A stretch of DNA of 64,000 nucleotides. Source: Macrostomum hystrix (taxonomy: Eukaryota; Animalia; Platyhelminthes). The stretch lies in the NCBI GenBank assembly GCA_950097015.1, contig CATNEN010000007.1:2170001-2234000 (forward strand), given 5' to 3'. The notes beneath the pieces were generated by a model. That model was not told the origin of the DNA. It searched no databases and saw only the letters and a program-made list of their open reading frames with translations. Position 1 is the stretch's first letter. The number at the start of each line of letters is the position of its first letter. A program made the position numbers and the translations under genes. Shown here one piece after another: positions 61,481 to 64,000 of the stretch.

Positions 61481-63690
61481 TTCTCGGTTCATCAGAGAAT
61501 CCGGACAGGCCACTGGGGCCAGGTTTCGCAGGTGGAGCGGCCGTACAAAGCCTGTCGAGAAGCGCTGTCGGTGGAGAACGGAATGGTCATTCACGGCACC
61601 AGGGTGGTCCCGCCAACAATCCTCCGCAGGCGCATCCTGGAGGTTGCGCACGACGAGGTGCACCCAAGTGCGGAGAACACCAAGGCACATGTCTCAAGGG
61701 AGTTCTGGTGGCCGGGGCTGGACCGCGAGGTGCGTCAGTTTGTTGAGCGGTGCCAGCTGTGCTCAGAGAGGCGACCGGTTGCTCAGAGAAAGATTGACAT
61801 TTGGCCACCAGAGAGCGAACCTTGGTCCCGGGTGCACATGGACCACTGCGAAGTGCCAGGTGTGGGTCTGCTGCTGCTGCTGTCGGATGCGTACTCAGGC
61901 TGGCCGGAAGCAATTCAGGTTCCTGACAGGTCTGCGGCTTCGGTGCTGCGAGTGCTGAGGGCGGTGTTCGCCCGGAACGGAGTGCCGCGGACGCTGGTGT
62001 CGGACAATGCTCCGAAGTTCAAGTCAGAGAGAGTGTCGCAGTGGCTGAGCAGCGTCGGGTGCCAGGAGGTACACACCCCGCCTTATCATCCGCAGTCTAA
62101 TGGACAAGCTGAGCGGCTTGTGAGAAGTCTGAAAGGCGGGTTGAAGACGTGGACCAAGGTGGTGCCATTCGACCAATTTCTGCAGAAGCTGCTCCTGACT
62201 ATCCGCACCAGCAGGCCAAGCGGGAACCGCTCGGACTCTCCGGACCAGCTCATGTGGGGCCGCCGCCTACGCCATCCGCTGACCATGACCGAGCAGGTGG
62301 GCGACTCCATCTGGCCCGGACAGGCCACTGGGGCCAGGTTTCGCAGGTGGAGCGGCGCGAGGAGCCCCCGGAGGTCCGACGCGCGAGGGCCTTAGATCTG
62401 CTGGACTCCCTTCGCCGGAGCGACCCGCCGTACCTCGAAGTCTGGACAGACGGGGCGGCGGAAGAAGGCTTCAGAAATGGCGGTGGAGGCTACATCATCC
62501 GGCGTAATGCTATCGGCCCCGACGTCAAGGGCAGTATCCCGACCGGACGGTGGACCAGTTCGACCACTTCAGAAGCGGCCGCGGCGGCGGCGGGGCTCGA
62601 GGCAGCCCTCGGTCTCCTTCGGGGGAAGCCGAGCTCGGCGATCTGGCTGCTGTTCGACTCACGAGCCCTGTTCCAGCGGCTGCAGTCCTCGACCAAGTGC
62701 CTGCAAGACCACGCCACCGCGCAAGCCGCGATCCTGCTCCAACAGCTGGCCAGCGAGCACAGGCCAACGGTCATCTGGATCCCAGGGCATGCAGGCCTTG
62801 CGCTTAACGAGGCCGCCGATGAGCTGGCCCGGAGAGGGTCCGCCATGCAGCAAGACCCCCAGCCTGTCCCCGTGTCGGCCGCCAGGGCCGCCCTCCGTCG
62901 CCAGGGACGAGCGGCCGAATTGGCTGAGTATAATCAGCTGGTTCCGGCGGACCACCCCCACAGGCTCTGCGGCGGAGCGCAGTTCATCCACCGGCCAGGC
63001 TGGCCGCGGACGGCCGAGGTGGCGCTGTACCAGCTTCGGGCCAACCGGGCGCCCTTCCTGCAGGCCACCCGGCATCGTTGGGGCCGCGACCCAACCGCTG
63101 CCTGCCCGCACTGCAATGCCCCCGAAGAAGACACCCGGCATTTCCTGTTAGACTGCCCCAGGTGGGCGGAGGAGCGCCGGCTTCACATCCCAGAGGCTAT
63201 CAACGGCTCTATGTCCCCACTGCAGAACGACCCAGAAGGGGTGCGGGCCTTCGTCGAGGCGTCGGGCGCGCTGGCGCGCCCCCCGTATGCCTAGCGAGGG
63301 ATCTGAACCAACACACACACACACTCCATCTGGCTGCGGACTCGAACCGGCACCGCTCCGATTCCGGCCAAGTTTGTCGACCAACACGGTCAGAATACCG
63401 CGCTGGTGGCTGCAGCCGACCTGCTGGACGGCCCACGGATGCGGATGGCCCACGCGAACCAGTGGAGCAGCCGGCCGGAGACCGACGCTGAGCTGAGACC
63501 GACCGAGGCGGCTGGACCTGAGGACCAAGGCGGCCGGGCCGTCACTGGTGCCAGCGCTGGCGCCGACCGGCAGCAGCCGGGACCTGGTGCTTCTGCAAAC
63601 AGCTCCGTGCAGAGTCCAGGTGTCCCCACTGAAGAGCGAAATGATTCTTATGATTTGCGTCCTCGTAAACCTGTGTGTTATAAAGTTTAG
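61480..63690 (+). pseudogene. Gypsy integrase, interrupted by a LINE insertion
   Basis: HDEVHP...WWPGL...CQLC; RVHMDH...SDAYSGWPEA...LVSDNAPKF...HPQSNGQAER. The frame resumes after the TSD at 63335 (IWLRTRTG...AHANQW...YDLRPRK). Confidence 0.85.
62316..63322 (+). mobile_element. 5'-truncated non-LTR retrotransposon (RNase H plus CCHC) nested in the gypsy integrase
   Basis: WTDGAAEEG...SEAAA...FDSRA...WIPGHAGLALNEAADELA (RNase H); CPHCNAPEEDTRHFLLDC; stop at 63294; (CA)n tail; TSD actccatctggc at 62304-62315 and 63323-63334. Confidence 0.92.
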
Positions 63691-63885
63691 TAACGGCCTT
63701 TTTGTGAGTTGGCGACTTCCTGCTGCTTTGACTCTTGATTGTGTATTGTAATTGCTAAATGAAATTATTTGCTTGTTATTATTGTCTTCTGTTTGAGGGG
63801 AGCAGTTAGCAAGTATTATCTATAATTATCCAAATATCAAGCCAAGTAGAAAGTTGTGGTTTTTTTCATGGCAGAGCTTATTCCC

Positions 63886-63957
63886 ACGGTCCCGTGCCGA
63901 TAATTTCAATTTTATCCATACGGACCCGTGCCGATAATTTTCTGCTTATCCACACGG
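63886..63957. repeat. Short imperfect tandem repeat, 2 copies
   Basis: acgg(t/a)cccgtgccgataattt...tatcca occurs twice. Confidence 0.7.
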
Positions 63958-64000
63958 CAGCTTGTATGAATAGGTCTACAACTCTTTATATAAATATGAC

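Larger units (their letters stand above)
59594..63805 (+). mobile_element. Defective Ty3/gypsy LTR retrotransposon (RT and RNase H deleted, frameshifted, no 3' LTR seen)
   Basis: Putative 5' LTR, PBS, gag with two zinc knuckles, protease DSGAS, integrase HHCC plus DDE, typical C-terminus YDLRPRKPVCYKV* (63690), PPT gaggggagcag (63795-63805). Confidence 0.88.

Noticed and set aside
62149-63294. A functional integrase-RNase H fusion gene
   Set aside because: The ORF start is out of frame with the integrase, and the TSD and (CA)n tail show a simple nested insertion.

Overview
Eukaryotic (metazoan-like) genomic DNA with GC-rich exons, short AT-rich GT-AG introns and retroelements. The style resembles a free-living flatworm such as Macrostomum, but this is an unverified impression. 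The window is dominated by two tandem paralogous + strand genes that I spliced by hand with consistent exon phases. Gene 1 (1009-12478, 15 exons, ~2,737 aa) and gene 2 (19098-56672, 43 exons, ~8,927 aa) encode single-pass cell-surface proteins. Their domain order is: signal peptide, an unrecognised Cys-rich glycosylated module, Cys-rich (ADAMTS-CR-like and DCxG) repeats, IPT/TIG-like, PKD/REJ, furin site, GAIN/GPS-like, Thr-rich stalk, SEA-like, one TM, short tail. In gene 2 a 1,651-bp two-exon unit (99-nt and 1,149-nt exons, both phase 0, 416 aa) is amplified to 16 near-identical in-frame copies (19236-45370). The 16 '452-aa ORFs' in the track are therefore pieces of one giant gene, not separate genes. 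The paralogs are near-identical, introns included, over a central core but diverged at both ends, which suggests gene conversion. Other content: a minimal type I hammerhead ribozyme (16448-16490), a decayed RNase H-type LINE in a gene 2 intron, a hairpin-rich GC island near 58 kb, and an RT/RH-deleted Ty3/gypsy element (59594-63805) with a nested 5'-truncated LINE whose 5' junction carries a 40-nt copy of upstream gypsy sequence.
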